This document shows, one piece after another, positions 1 through 10,023 of a DNA stretch of 64,000 nt. The translations under genes were made by a program, and so were the position numbers. Source of the stretch: Candidatus Kaiserbacteria bacterium RIFCSPHIGHO2_01_FULL_53_29 (GTDB lineage Bacteria; Patescibacteriota; Minisyncoccia; Phycocordibacterales; UBA2100); NCBI GenBank assembly GCA_001781125.1, contig MFKT01000029.1:68040-132039 (forward strand). Reading direction: 5' to 3'. Numbering within the stretch: position 1 is the stretch's first letter; each line of letters begins with the position of its first letter. Under the pieces are notes generated by a model that was not told the DNA's origin, did not search any database, and worked only from the letters and a program-made list of their open reading frames with translations.

Positions 1-929
1 TGGGTCAATCCGGAATAAAAGAGAACCTCCGCATCCTTCTCACTGCCGCCAAGGGGCGCAATCACCAGCCCGAGCACGTGCTCCTCTATGGCCCGCCGGG
101 GCTTGGCAAGACCACCCTCGCGCATTTGATGACCAAGGAGATCGGCGCCTCAATGCGCTCCACTTCCGGCCCTGCGATCGAGCGTGTGGGTGATCTCGCC
201 GCGATCCTCACCAATCTCAACGCCGGTGATGTGCTTTTTATCGACGAGATCCATCGTCTCAATCGCACCATCGAGGAAGTGATGTATCCCGCGATGGAGG
301 CGGGGGTCCTCGATATCGTCATCGGCAAGGGGCCATCGGCGCGCACGGTGCAACTCGAGTTGCCTCCGTTCACTCTGATAGCTGCCACCACGCGCATATC
401 GATGCTCTCGGCACCGCTGCGCTCGCGCTTCTCCGGCGGCACCTTCCGTTTGCAATACTATTCCGACGACGAAATAGCGGAGATATTGAAACGTTCTGCA
501 AAAATCCTCAAAATCGAGATCGACGGCGAGTCGCTCAAGGAAGTTGCGACAAGAAGTCGCGCCACCCCGCGCACGGCCAATTATTTATTGAAACGCGCAC
601 GTGATTTCGCGGAAGTGAATGAGGAGAGATTGGATCTGAAGACGGTAAAAAAAGCGCTCGCGCTCCTCGAGATAGACGAGATGGGATTGAACCAAACCGA
701 CCGCGACATCCTTACCGTCATCGCCGAGAAATTTAAAGGTGGTCCGGTGGGATTGAAGACCATCGCCGCTTCCCTCTCGGAAGAAGAGGCGACCATCGAA
801 GAGGTCAACGAGCCATACCTTATGCAAATGGGCCTCATCGAGCGCACTCCCCGCGGCCGCGCCATCACCAAAAAAGGCTACGACCATATCGGCGCGGAAA
901 TTCCGAGCGCGCAGCAAAAATTAATATGA
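1..929 (+). CDS. ruvB: Holliday junction branch migration helicase RuvB (5' truncated by window edge)
   Basis: Walker A GPPGLGKTT, LFIDEIHR, ATTR, LRSRF, EPYL and RTPRGR motifs; frame is open back to position 3 (GQSGIKENL...). Confidence 0.97.
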   Translation, partial: GQSGIKENLRILLTAAKGRNHQPEHVLLYGPPGLGKTTLAHLMTKEIGASMRSTSGPAIERVGDLAAILTNLNAGDVLFIDEIHRLNRTIEEVMYPAMEAGVLDIVIGKGPSARTVQLELPPFTLIAATTRISMLSAPLRSRFSGGTFRLQYYSDDEIAEILKRSAKILKIEIDGESLKEVATRSRATPRTANYLLKRARDFAEVNEERLDLKTVKKALALLEIDEMGLNQTDRDILTVIAEKFKGGPVGLKTIAASLSEEEATIEEVNEPYLMQMGLIERTPRGRAITKKGYDHIGAEIPSAQQKLI

Positions 930-1011
930 GTCCGTTATCTTGGTTTGTGGGGATAAAGGCACTTGTCCTCTAAATGACGTGTACTATATAGGTCACAAGC
1001 GCACGGTAAAC

Positions 1012-1038
1012 AAAAGACCTCCGCAAGGGAGGTCTTTT
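1012..1038. terminator. Intrinsic, probably bidirectional terminator
   Basis: AAAAGACCTCC-gcaag-GGAGGTCTTTT hairpin with A/T tails between convergent genes. Confidence 0.75.
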
Positions 1039-1333
1039 GCTTTTCGGTCATTGGGAATCGATGCTCTGCTCCGCGCGACTTGATACGATCTCACCGCACT
1101 TCGCACAACACCTCACTGCTCTGACCGACTGCTCCTGCAGCATCTTCGTACTTTCGTACGGGATAGATCCAAGGAACGTTCGTCTGGGTGCCAACATTGC
1201 TGCGAGCCCTTCGACGACGACCGACGCACGGTTAGGCACATCGATAGAGGAGATAATATCGTATCGAAAGAACCCCACGCAACGCCGCAAACCCCAAAAA
1301 TGGGGGATTTCGAGTGGATAGAGCTGTGGAAAA

Positions 1334-3109
1334 CTACTCTCCCCTCATGGCACGTTGGATATCCGCAATACGGCGGCTTATTTGGTCTAGGGTCTGCCTC
1401 GCGCTACTTTGAATGTTACCCACTATCGTAGCGATGCCCTGTTCTAGTAGGGTAACAATGCTCTGCGGTAGGGCTACAGGCTGCGATGCGATGCGGATGT
1501 TTTCTGCGACAGAATTAATGCGCGCGATATCATCGTCAAGGCGCGGCGCTGGGACAGATATATTGGGTGCCGGCGCTCGGATGTCGTCAACGACGCTCGT
1601 GACACGGGCGATGCTCGTATCCACCGCCTCGACAGCCGGCGTGAGCCGGACCTCGTTGGTGAGCAGGGTACTTGCCTCTCGAGTCGCGACTCCTGTTGCG
1701 AACTGTTCGGCATCACGAGCGACCGTGCGATACGTGCTCGTGAGGAATGCGTCGGCCGCAGTGTTCACGAGCGGCCGCAATGCCGCACTCGCGAGCGGTG
1801 CCACGGTCGCAACATCAAGCACCGTGCGATACCCGCTCCCTATCGGGTCAAGTCCGTTCTCGAGCGCGCGCTCGGGATCCGGATTGAATCCCGGGAGACT
1901 CACGAGTTCGCCCAGATTGCGCGCGACCAACGCGACCCCCGCTACCGTTTCCGCACCGAGCACTCCCGCACCATGCACGACATCGCCGAGCGACATATTT
2001 TCAAGGTTCACGCCGGCAGCAAGGTCGGTTGAAACGCTCTTGCCCCAATCGGAAATCGCATTGAGTACACCTGACGCACTACCCTCTCCACGTTGCGCCT
2101 GCCCTATCGCCTGCTGCAGGCTTGCAGACGGCGTGCCCGCGCGGTAATTCTCATATTCGGCTTGGATGGCCTCGGCCTGTCGTTGCAATTCTTGGCGGAC
2201 AAGCTCGCGTGCAGTGTCACCGCCGTCGCCCGAGCCTGTCTGCTCAGTGATGAGCGCATCCATACGATCCAAACGTGCCTGTGTACGCTCGCGCGCTTCG
2301 ACGTATCGCTGGTCTATCGCCGCATCGACGTTCTCCCCCGTCGCAGTCAGGACAGGTGCCTGCACTTGCTCGGACGTAGGCGCACGCGCCGCCTCATCTT
2401 GCAGCCGCTGCCTGAACTCGCCGATTTCCCGTTGCCGCGCTTCAAAGCGCGCATCAAAATCCGTCTGCGATCGGTCCAGCTCCTGTGCGAATTCGACGCG
2501 CCGCCGCGCAAAGCACGATTCCAGAGATTCGGAGTCCAGGCAATTCGAAGACGGCATGATGTTCGCGCTCTGCCACAAATCAGGATTAAGGGGGGCTCCC
2601 TGCAGTTCCTCCGGCGGATTCTCTTTTGCCTCTTTTTGCTCCGACCGCAATGTCGTTCGGGGCGTCTCATGAGCCGCCGGCTCTTTCAAATCATCGGTCG
2701 AAAGCCCCGGCGCAGGTGCTACCGTCGGGCTCCCCTGCGTCTCGCCCGCAAGATAACGCTTGAGGTCCTCGAGCTCGGCCTTGTCCGCGTCGACTATCGC
2801 CTGCAGCGTCTGCTCCATCGTATCGCGGCATATGCGTGTGATGGTCTTCCCATCGTTCGTGCGCATGATCACGCGTCCGGGCATGTTCTTGTACGCCTCT
2901 CCATCGTCGGTCACCGTCATCTCCGGCGTACCTTTCTCACCCTCCTTCACGTTATACGTGTGTCCGTCGCGACATTCCGCTGGGATTTTCGTACTGAGAG
3001 GAGTCGGGGAACCTACGAGCGCCGTTTGTGAGGGGGCCGATACAGGCGCGAAGGACGCTGTACCAAGGCCAAGAACGAGCGCCGCAACTACGCCGAAAAG
3101 ATCCATCAT
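1334..3109 (-). CDS. Hypothetical secreted/membrane-anchored coiled-coil protein
   Basis: Long ORF; start moved to MMDLFGVVAALVLGLG (signal-like, TACCAT -10 box 6 nt upstream), which avoids overlap with yebC. Confidence 0.7.
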   Translation of the reverse strand: MMDLFGVVAALVLGLGTASFAPVSAPSQTALVGSPTPLSTKIPAECRDGHTYNVKEGEKGTPEMTVTDDGEAYKNMPGRVIMRTNDGKTITRICRDTMEQTLQAIVDADKAELEDLKRYLAGETQGSPTVAPAPGLSTDDLKEPAAHETPRTTLRSEQKEAKENPPEELQGAPLNPDLWQSANIMPSSNCLDSESLESCFARRRVEFAQELDRSQTDFDARFEARQREIGEFRQRLQDEAARAPTSEQVQAPVLTATGENVDAAIDQRYVEARERTQARLDRMDALITEQTGSGDGGDTARELVRQELQRQAEAIQAEYENYRAGTPSASLQQAIGQAQRGEGSASGVLNAISDWGKSVSTDLAAGVNLENMSLGDVVHGAGVLGAETVAGVALVARNLGELVSLPGFNPDPERALENGLDPIGSGYRTVLDVATVAPLASAALRPLVNTAADAFLTSTYRTVARDAEQFATGVATREASTLLTNEVRLTPAVEAVDTSIARVTSVVDDIRAPAPNISVPAPRLDDDIARINSVAENIRIASQPVALPQSIVTLLEQGIATIVGNIQSSARQTLDQISRRIADIQRAMRGE

Positions 3110-3164
3110 ACCGACATGGTAACTCATTTTTGCGAGACTCTTGCAATCTGTATACAATGGCTCC

Positions 3165-3695
3165 ATGTCCGGACACAATAAATGGGCGCAGATAAAGCGG
3201 CAAAAGGGTGCGAATGACAGCGCGAAAAGTAAAGTGTGGGGTACATTCGGGAAACGCATCGCCGTTGAGAGTAAAAAGGCCAATGGTGATGTGAGCGCGC
3301 CGGGCCTGCGTGCGATGATCGAACGGGCAAAGAAAGAAAATATGCCCAAAGATGCCATCGAGCGCGCGGTCGCAAAAGGGACCGCATCAGACGCAGCAGC
3401 GCTCGAAGCCGTCACCTATGAGACCTACGGTCCGGGTGGCGCTGCGATCGTGATCGAAGCGCTCACCGACAGTCGCAACCGCACGGCACAAGAAATAAAA
3501 CATCTGCTTTCTGCGCTCGGTCTCGCACTCGCATCCCCCGGAAGCGCTCTTTGGGCATTTGAAAAAACCGCGGAAGGCTATACTCCCAAGACCACTGTCC
3601 CACTTTCAGAAACCGATGACGCGCAACTAATGAAAATAATGGAACAGATCGATGCACATGATGACGTGGAAGAAGTGTACACCAACGCCGAATAG
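3165..3695 (+). CDS. yebC: YebC/PmpR family protein (short form)
   Basis: MSGHNKWAQIK start, YETYGPGG, TDSRNRT, DDVEEVYTN. Confidence 0.93.
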   Translation: MSGHNKWAQIKRQKGANDSAKSKVWGTFGKRIAVESKKANGDVSAPGLRAMIERAKKENMPKDAIERAVAKGTASDAAALEAVTYETYGPGGAAIVIEALTDSRNRTAQEIKHLLSALGLALASPGSALWAFEKTAEGYTPKTTVPLSETDDAQLMKIMEQIDAHDDVEEVYTNAE

Positions 3696-3790
3696 CCAGC
3701 AGCTCGTAGCTTGGAGCCTGTAGCCTGAAGAAATGCGATACTAGATGCATGGCGTTTTGCTACCAGCTACAAGCTACTGGCTACAAGCTA
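3693..3790. repeat. Inverted heptamer-array element (TAGCYNG)n...(CNRGCTA)n
   Basis: tagccagcagctcgtagcttggagcctgtagcctg ... gctaccagctacaagctactggctacaagcta; fills the yebC-ruvC gap from stop codon to start codon. Confidence 0.85.
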
Positions 3791-4284
3791 TGAGAGTGCT
3801 TGCGATAGATCCGGGATACGGCAGATGTGGGGTTGCGGTCGTGGAGAAAAATGGTGGCTCTTCGACTTCGCTCAGGGCAGGGAAAGAAATTCTGCTGTAC
3901 TCCGCGTGTATCAAAACTCCGGCGAGTATGGATTTTCCGGAGCGGCTTGCGATCGTCGCCGACGAATGTGCGCGGCTCATCAAGACTCACGAGCCGGATT
4001 GCCTCGCGATGGAAAAATTATATTTCAGCACGAATCAAAAGACCGCAATGCGGGTCGCCGAAGTGCGCGGCGCTCTGCTCTCCACCGCCAACAACGCTGG
4101 CCTTAAAGTATTTGAATATACGCCCGGCGAGGTGAAGAGTGCGGCGGCAGGCAGCGGAAGCGCCGACAAAAAAGCGGTCGCCCAAATGCTCCGTGCGCTC
4201 GTGAAAATAGAAAAAAAGATCGAGCATGATGACGAATACGATGCCATAGCCATCGCCGTTACACACCTTGCAAGAGTGCGCTAG
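3790..4284 (+). CDS. ruvC: Crossover junction endodeoxyribonuclease RuvC
   Basis: MRVLAIDPG, AMEKLYF, EYTPGEVK, DDEYDAIAIA; carries an in-frame SSTSLRAG insert. Confidence 0.95.
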   Translation: MRVLAIDPGYGRCGVAVVEKNGGSSTSLRAGKEILLYSACIKTPASMDFPERLAIVADECARLIKTHEPDCLAMEKLYFSTNQKTAMRVAEVRGALLSTANNAGLKVFEYTPGEVKSAAAGSGSADKKAVAQMLRALVKIEKKIEHDDEYDAIAIAVTHLARVR

Positions 4285-4318
4285 GTCAGACGTCTAAAAG
4301 CGATATAATCACTCGAAT

Positions 4319-6796
4319 ATGCGGTCTCTCCGAAAATTGTTGCGGCGCCTCGTCTACATATGGCGGGCGCTTCCTGCGTGGCTTGAATTCGGCATTATCG
4401 GCTCTGCGGCGGTCGTCTTGCTCATCCTTGGAACCGCGGTCGTGTGGGCAACGGTAATGCCGATCCCGGCCATCAACAACTTCCAGAACCGTCAGGTGGC
4501 GCAATCAACGAAAATTTACGACCGCACCGGCAACATCGTTCTCTACGATGTACACGGCACTATGCGGCGCACAGCCGTCCCGATAGACCAAATTTCTCCG
4601 TACGTCCAAAAAGCGGCGGTCGCGGTGGAAGATGAAACATTCTATACCAACGCGGGTTTTCGCCCGCTGTCGTTCTTGCGGGCTGTCGGCACAAACATTC
4701 TTCAGGGAAAACCCCTAAGCGGCCAGGGCGGCTCGACCATCACCCAGCAAGTGGTAAAAAACGCGCTTCTCACGCAGGAGAAGACCGTCTCCCGTAAGAT
4801 CCAAGAAATCATCCTCGCCCTGCGATTGACGCACGTGTACACCAAAGACCAGATACTGAATACGTACCTCAACGAGAGCCCGTACGGTGGTACGATCTAC
4901 GGCGTACAGGAAGCGAGCCAGTATTTTTTCGGCGTCGACGCGAAAGATGTGGATCTGGCACAAGCGGCATACCTTGCGGCACTTCCGCAAGCGCCGACGT
5001 ATTTCTCTCCGTACGGCAACCACCGAGATGCGCTTGATGAGCGCAAAAATTTCGTTCTGTTCCGTATGAAGGATAGCGGATTCATTACGGACGAGGAATA
5101 CGACCAGGCGTTCAACGAAAAGGTGCAATTCAAGGACGTGCGCGAGGCCGGCATCAAGGCGCCGCATTTCGTCTTCTATATCCGCGAACACCTCGAGCAA
5201 AAGTATGGAGTTGATGCGGTAAGTCAGGGCGGCTTGCGTGTTACGACGACGCTCGACTACGACCTGCAGAAAAAAGCCGAGGAAATCGTCGCCAAATTCG
5301 CGCCCAGTATGCTGAGAGATTTCAACGCATCCAATCAAGCGATCGTTGCGATCGACCCGAAGTCGGGGCAAATTCTCGCCATGGTCGGATCAAAGGGCTA
5401 CTTCGACGAGACGATCGACGGCAAGGTGAACGTCGCGCTTGCGAATCGCCAACCCGGTTCTTCGTTCAAGCCGTTCGTGTACGCGACCGCGTTTCAAAAG
5501 GGCTACACGCCCGACACGGTCGTCTTCGATCTGAAGACACAGTTCTCGACGCGATGCGGGGTGCAGGATATCTTGAACGACACGCCGCCGTGTTACTCCC
5601 CCGACAATTTCGACGGCACATTCAAGGGCCCAATAACACTGCGCAACGCGATCGCGCAGTCGGTGAATGTTCCTTCGGTCAAAACTCTCTATCTTGCGGG
5701 GATCAGGGATTCGATCACAACTGCGCGGGACCTCGGCATCACAACACTGAGCAATGCCAATCAATACGGGCTCACGCTCGTCTTGGGCGGCGGAGAGGTG
5801 AATCTTTTGGAAATGACGGGGGCCTATAGCGTATTCGCCAACGATGGCCTCCGGAATCCCCCGACGGGTATTTTGCGCGTCGAAGATAATGCCGGCACTA
5901 TTCTTGAAAGCTACCAGCAGCAGGCGACACAAGTGCTTGATCCGCAGATCGCGCGGCAGATCAACGACGTGCTCTCCGACAATGTCGCGCGCACGCCAGA
6001 ATTCGGGGCCGACTCGCCCCTGAATTTTCCGGGCTATGATGTTGCCGACAAAACGGGAACGACCAACGATTTCCATGACGTGTGGATCTTGGGATATACG
6101 CCGGGCATTGCCGTCGGCGCGTGGGCGGGCAACAATAACAACACCGCAATGGCGAAAAGAATAGCTGCATTCATTATTGCGCCGATGTGGCATGAATTCA
6201 TGGATGCAGCACTCCAAAAGTACTCTTCGCAATCTGATACCTTTGAGGCATCCGCACCGGACGCGAGCTCGTCTTCATTTCCTCCGGTCTTGAGTGGCAA
6301 CTGGAACACTGATCCTTCGCGGGGCGTCCACGATATTTTGTATTGGATAGACAAAGATAATCCGCGTGCAGGCCGCTCGACGAATCCCTGGAGCGATCCA
6401 CAATTCGCCTATTGGGATTATCCGGTGCAGATCTGGGCCGGTCAACAATTCGCACCGGAGGCGACCAGTACCGATCAGGGGGTGCCCGGAGGACCGGATA
6501 TTCCGGGTAACTCCGGCACTGACACGGCGCAATCGGGTTTCCAAATTACATCTCCGCAGCAAGGCGCATCCATCCCCTTCGGCGCGTCAATCACCTTTAG
6601 CGCCGCCTCATCGCAAGCAAGGGAGATCACAAACATCTCATATTTCGTCAATGGAGCCCTCATCGGCACGACCGGGCAGCCTCCCTACACAGCCTCATTT
6701 ACCGCAAACGCGCGCGGCACTGCGGTCTTGCGCGCCGTTGCGCTGCACCTCGATGGTACAAGCGAAGAGCAAACAATAACGTTTACGGTGCAGTAA
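4319..6796 (+). CDS. Class A penicillin-binding protein (transglycosylase/transpeptidase) with C-terminal Ig-like domain
   Basis: N-terminal TM, EDETFY, GGSTITQQVVKN, SSFK (SxxK), SVN (SxN), KTG. Confidence 0.93.
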   Translation: MRSLRKLLRRLVYIWRALPAWLEFGIIGSAAVVLLILGTAVVWATVMPIPAINNFQNRQVAQSTKIYDRTGNIVLYDVHGTMRRTAVPIDQISPYVQKAAVAVEDETFYTNAGFRPLSFLRAVGTNILQGKPLSGQGGSTITQQVVKNALLTQEKTVSRKIQEIILALRLTHVYTKDQILNTYLNESPYGGTIYGVQEASQYFFGVDAKDVDLAQAAYLAALPQAPTYFSPYGNHRDALDERKNFVLFRMKDSGFITDEEYDQAFNEKVQFKDVREAGIKAPHFVFYIREHLEQKYGVDAVSQGGLRVTTTLDYDLQKKAEEIVAKFAPSMLRDFNASNQAIVAIDPKSGQILAMVGSKGYFDETIDGKVNVALANRQPGSSFKPFVYATAFQKGYTPDTVVFDLKTQFSTRCGVQDILNDTPPCYSPDNFDGTFKGPITLRNAIAQSVNVPSVKTLYLAGIRDSITTARDLGITTLSNANQYGLTLVLGGGEVNLLEMTGAYSVFANDGLRNPPTGILRVEDNAGTILESYQQQATQVLDPQIARQINDVLSDNVARTPEFGADSPLNFPGYDVADKTGTTNDFHDVWILGYTPGIAVGAWAGNNNNTAMAKRIAAFIIAPMWHEFMDAALQKYSSQSDTFEASAPDASSSSFPPVLSGNWNTDPSRGVHDILYWIDKDNPRAGRSTNPWSDPQFAYWDYPVQIWAGQQFAPEATSTDQGVPGGPDIPGNSGTDTAQSGFQITSPQQGASIPFGASITFSAASSQAREITNISYFVNGALIGTTGQPPYTASFTANARGTAVLRAVALHLDGTSEEQTITFTVQ

Positions 6797-6814
6797 AAAT
6801 CTGGCGCGGTCTTT

Positions 6815-7411
6815 TCAGGACTTCTTTTTGAATTCGCCGATTTCTTTTTCCAATTTTTTTATCTGCATCTCCAGTTTCTGCGTCCGTTCCACCATTCGAC
6901 CCCCAAGATGATTCGCGTGGAGGGCTACCGTGTCGGCAATGAACATTATTTCTGTCACGTCCTCTATGGCGAGAAGTATGATGGGGGGAAATAATCCCGC
7001 GACAGCATCCCCTTTATAGATCCGGCGGGCGTTCAGGATCATTACCCTGCGCCCGATGAGGGGAAATTCGTGGACGACCTCAAACCCTTTAAAAAAAGAA
7101 TTTTGGGGCAGGATATCCTCAAGAAGTTTCCGCAGGGCGGGAATATTCCATTGACCGTTCCCGAGTTCATACACCAGTTTTTTCTCGGTATCCTTCAGCT
7201 CGACCTGAAATGTCCGGCAAAAAGATTCGTTGGCCACCATCACCCGAAGTTTTTCATCAAGAATCAAGAACGGCTCCCGTACCGTGTCTACGATGGTCTT
7301 GATATAGTCCCAGCTTTCTTCCCACAAACGCATCGTTATACCGATCTCTCCCAGATCAAGTCTTTCCTTGGTGATGTTTGTGGTCTGTTCTTTTTTAATA
7401 TCTTTTTTCAT
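6815..7411 (-). CDS. Stand-alone PAS-domain protein with C-terminal coiled coil
   Basis: IVDTVREPFLILD..ANESF..YELGNGQWNIPALRKLLEDILP resembles the PAS segment of CheB/CheR fusion proteins. Confidence 0.75.
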   Translation of the reverse strand: MKKDIKKEQTTNITKERLDLGEIGITMRLWEESWDYIKTIVDTVREPFLILDEKLRVMVANESFCRTFQVELKDTEKKLVYELGNGQWNIPALRKLLEDILPQNSFFKGFEVVHEFPLIGRRVMILNARRIYKGDAVAGLFPPIILLAIEDVTEIMFIADTVALHANHLGGRMVERTQKLEMQIKKLEKEIGEFKKKS

Positions 7412-7529
7412 ACTACCAGTGCCGTCTCGGGGCCCGGATTATTACAAAAAATTGCCATTAAGGTACCGACGTGGTATAGTCAAAATCTCGACAGTATCTT
7501 CATGAAAATATCACCGCAAGAGTGACAGA

Positions 7530-8138
7530 GTGGTGGCACGGGCTATGTCGCCCCTCGATATGATGAATAAACTCCAAGAAACGCCGCAACGCAGGGTAAA
7601 AACAGCGGGCTTTTCTAACAGCGATGCTGTACGCAGGGCGGAGGCGCTCCTAACATCGGCGGAGCACGAGTACGGCAAAGGCCTGAGCCGACACTCATTT
7701 TTCAAGCTCCAAAATCGCGGACTTTCTGAAGACTTGGTGCAGGATACCTTCATGAGAACGTGGAGCTACCTCGTCAAAGGCGGAAAGATCGATGTGATGA
7801 AAGCATTTCTCTACCACATTCTCAATAACCTTATTGTAGATGAATATCGCAAGCACAAAACGCTCTCCCTCGATGTTCTTCTCGAAGATGGCTATGAGCC
7901 GGCCATCGACGAGCGCGGACGTCTCTACGACATCCTGGATGGAAAGGCGGCACTTCTCTTGATCCAGCGCCTCCCCGAGGTGTATCGAAAAGTGATGCGT
8001 ATGCGCTACATTCAGGATCTGTCACTTGAAGAGATGTCCGGTATTACCGGACAATCACGGAACGCTCTGTGCGTGCAGCTTCACCGCGGACTGAAGAGGC
8101 TCAAACTTTTGTACGGAGATACGGCCGTAACGGGATAG
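7530..8138 (+). CDS. ECF-type RNA polymerase sigma factor
   Basis: EDLVQDTF, AFLYHILNNLIVDEYRK (region 2); LPEVYRKVM..LSLEEMS..QLHRGLKRL (region 4); start uncertain. Confidence 0.88.
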   Translation: MVARAMSPLDMMNKLQETPQRRVKTAGFSNSDAVRRAEALLTSAEHEYGKGLSRHSFFKLQNRGLSEDLVQDTFMRTWSYLVKGGKIDVMKAFLYHILNNLIVDEYRKHKTLSLDVLLEDGYEPAIDERGRLYDILDGKAALLLIQRLPEVYRKVMRMRYIQDLSLEEMSGITGQSRNALCVQLHRGLKRLKLLYGDTAVTG

Positions 8139-8164
8139 GGAACAACGAAAAAACATTCCACCGC

Positions 8165-8656
8165 TTACTCCCGCACAACCTGCGTATCAATTATCGGCTC
8201 CGTGCCGCCTCCACTTATTTTTCCTGTCACCGTAACGATGTCACCCACCTGAATATCCGAGAGTGTCTCTTTTTTGCCATTCTGTGTGAGAAATTGGGTG
8301 TTGTAATTTGTCTCCAGTATCCACGTAAGATCCGACGAACCCCATGACATCCCCACATGGATCGTGCCGCCATTCATTGCGAGTACGTGCGCTCCGCGCA
8401 AAAGCACGAGGCCGTTATTCGCGATGTTGACCTCGACCATCGGCGCTTCCTCGCCCGAGACTGCCACAACGGGCGCTTGTGCGGAGAGATAAGCCTTGCC
8501 CGGGGAGGACGTGATCGCCGCGCTGCCTGCGCTGAGCGCGCGAGCTAAGGGTGGTGCATGCACTTGATACAAGAAAAGGCCGGCCAAAAGGAGTGCCCCG
8601 ACCGACACTGCCGCAACAGTGAATATTCTCTGCGAAAAGATATAAGACGGCATCAT
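8165..8656 (-). CDS. Hypothetical membrane-anchored protein with OB-fold-like (DUF5666-like) C-terminus
   Basis: N-terminal TM; LSDIQVGDIVTVTG motif. Confidence 0.6.
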   Translation of the reverse strand: MMPSYIFSQRIFTVAAVSVGALLLAGLFLYQVHAPPLARALSAGSAAITSSPGKAYLSAQAPVVAVSGEEAPMVEVNIANNGLVLLRGAHVLAMNGGTIHVGMSWGSSDLTWILETNYNTQFLTQNGKKETLSDIQVGDIVTVTGKISGGGTEPIIDTQVVRE

Positions 8657-8707
8657 GCAATACCTGACGGGCAGGTTCGCAATTTATTACAGAGCCGGAT
8701 CCTGGAC

Positions 8708-9805
8708 CTACCTATTGAGCGGCATCACGAGATACGTGAAGGATGGGTCAGAGACTCCGCGGACAACGAGTGGTTTACCCGCCCCGGCGAAGCCCAAGAT
8801 TATCGAATCGGATTCAATGGTGGGAAGACAGTCGGCGAGGTAGCCGATGTGGAAATTTATGTCAAGATCTTCGCCGGAGACTGCCGTCTCGATCAAATCC
8901 GACATCTCGCCCACTTCGGCACTTCGCGCCGTGGCGCTGAAAATTTTACGCTTCGGATACACATGCAAGCCGACATGCTGGTCGTTACCGGAAAATACGC
9001 GTGCTTTGCGGAGCATCTCGGCAAAATCATTTTTCAAGATGGTTGCTTCGGTTGAGAATGTTTTTGGCATGATCTCCTTGTAATTCGGGAATGTGCCATC
9101 AACAACGCGCGATATGTAGCGCACACCGCCCGCAGCAACGCACATCTGCGAATCATCCGCCGATAAACGTATCTCGTCATCCTCCACACGCTCGAGCACG
9201 TGAGAGAGTTCGAGCGCGTGTTTGAGTGGAATTAAAAGTTCTGTGCTTTGTTTTCCCGTGACGTCGGAGATTTTTTTCTCTGCGAGGCGGAAGGAGTCGG
9301 TTGCAACACACACGATCGCGCCGGGTTTTATTGAAACGTACACACTCCCCAATTCTGGCCGGATCATCGAGGGGGACGCGGCATACGAAACAGACTGAAT
9401 GCCGCGCATAAGCTCCGGCCGCGAGACACTCACGCCATTCTTCTCGTCCGCCTCACCGAGTTTGGGGAATTCTTCGCTCGGAATAGATTTTATAAGGGTT
9501 TTGGTACCACGCGACTCTATCACTAAATTTCCCTCTTCAGTTTTGAGTGTGATTTTTTCCCCGGAAATTGAGCGTAATGTTTGTGAAAGTACTACCGCAG
9601 AAACAGCGACGACCCCCTTATCTTCGATCTCACAAGGGACGTGTATCTCAATACCCGCTTCTAAATTTGTCGCGCGCACCAACAAGTCTCCACCAACCTC
9701 AAGAAGCACGCATGAAAGTACAGGGAGAGATTCTTTCTTTCCCGTTATCCGCTCCGCCAATAAAACAGCATTAAGAATTTTCTCCTTAGTTGTTGTTACC
9801 TTCAT
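8708..9805 (-). CDS. dnaN: DNA polymerase III beta clamp
   Basis: ATNLE, VATDSFRLA, GTFPNY, YLVMP; lies downstream of dnaA. Confidence 0.97.
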   Translation of the reverse strand: MKVTTTKEKILNAVLLAERITGKKESLPVLSCVLLEVGGDLLVRATNLEAGIEIHVPCEIEDKGVVAVSAVVLSQTLRSISGEKITLKTEEGNLVIESRGTKTLIKSIPSEEFPKLGEADEKNGVSVSRPELMRGIQSVSYAASPSMIRPELGSVYVSIKPGAIVCVATDSFRLAEKKISDVTGKQSTELLIPLKHALELSHVLERVEDDEIRLSADDSQMCVAAGGVRYISRVVDGTFPNYKEIMPKTFSTEATILKNDFAEMLRKARVFSGNDQHVGLHVYPKRKIFSATARSAEVGEMSDLIETAVSGEDLDINFHIGYLADCLPTIESDSIILGFAGAGKPLVVRGVSDPSFTYLVMPLNR

Positions 9806-10023
9806 ACTAAATTCTTTTTATATAGATACTATTACTACTATTAGTAGTGTGGATATTGGGGAAAAGTATTTTTTATTCAATCCCCAATCCATTTTTCTGG
9901 AGTTTGGATGTGTTGAAAAAAATGCGGATGACTCGAGTAAAGTGTTCATAACATAATTCTGATTTTTTGGGGTGGGGATTACTCGTGGTTTGTTCGATAC
10001 ATATTCACTCGATGTACACAGTG
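9806..10023. other. Probable replication origin (oriC) segment
   Basis: AT-rich dnaA-dnaN gap; DnaA-box-like TGTGGATAT at about 9848 beside trinucleotide runs tactattactactattagtagt. Confidence 0.65.

Noticed and set aside
1048..1290. Small ORF with CAKC motif
   Set aside because: Only one Cys pair and no clear start signal; cannot be supported as a gene.
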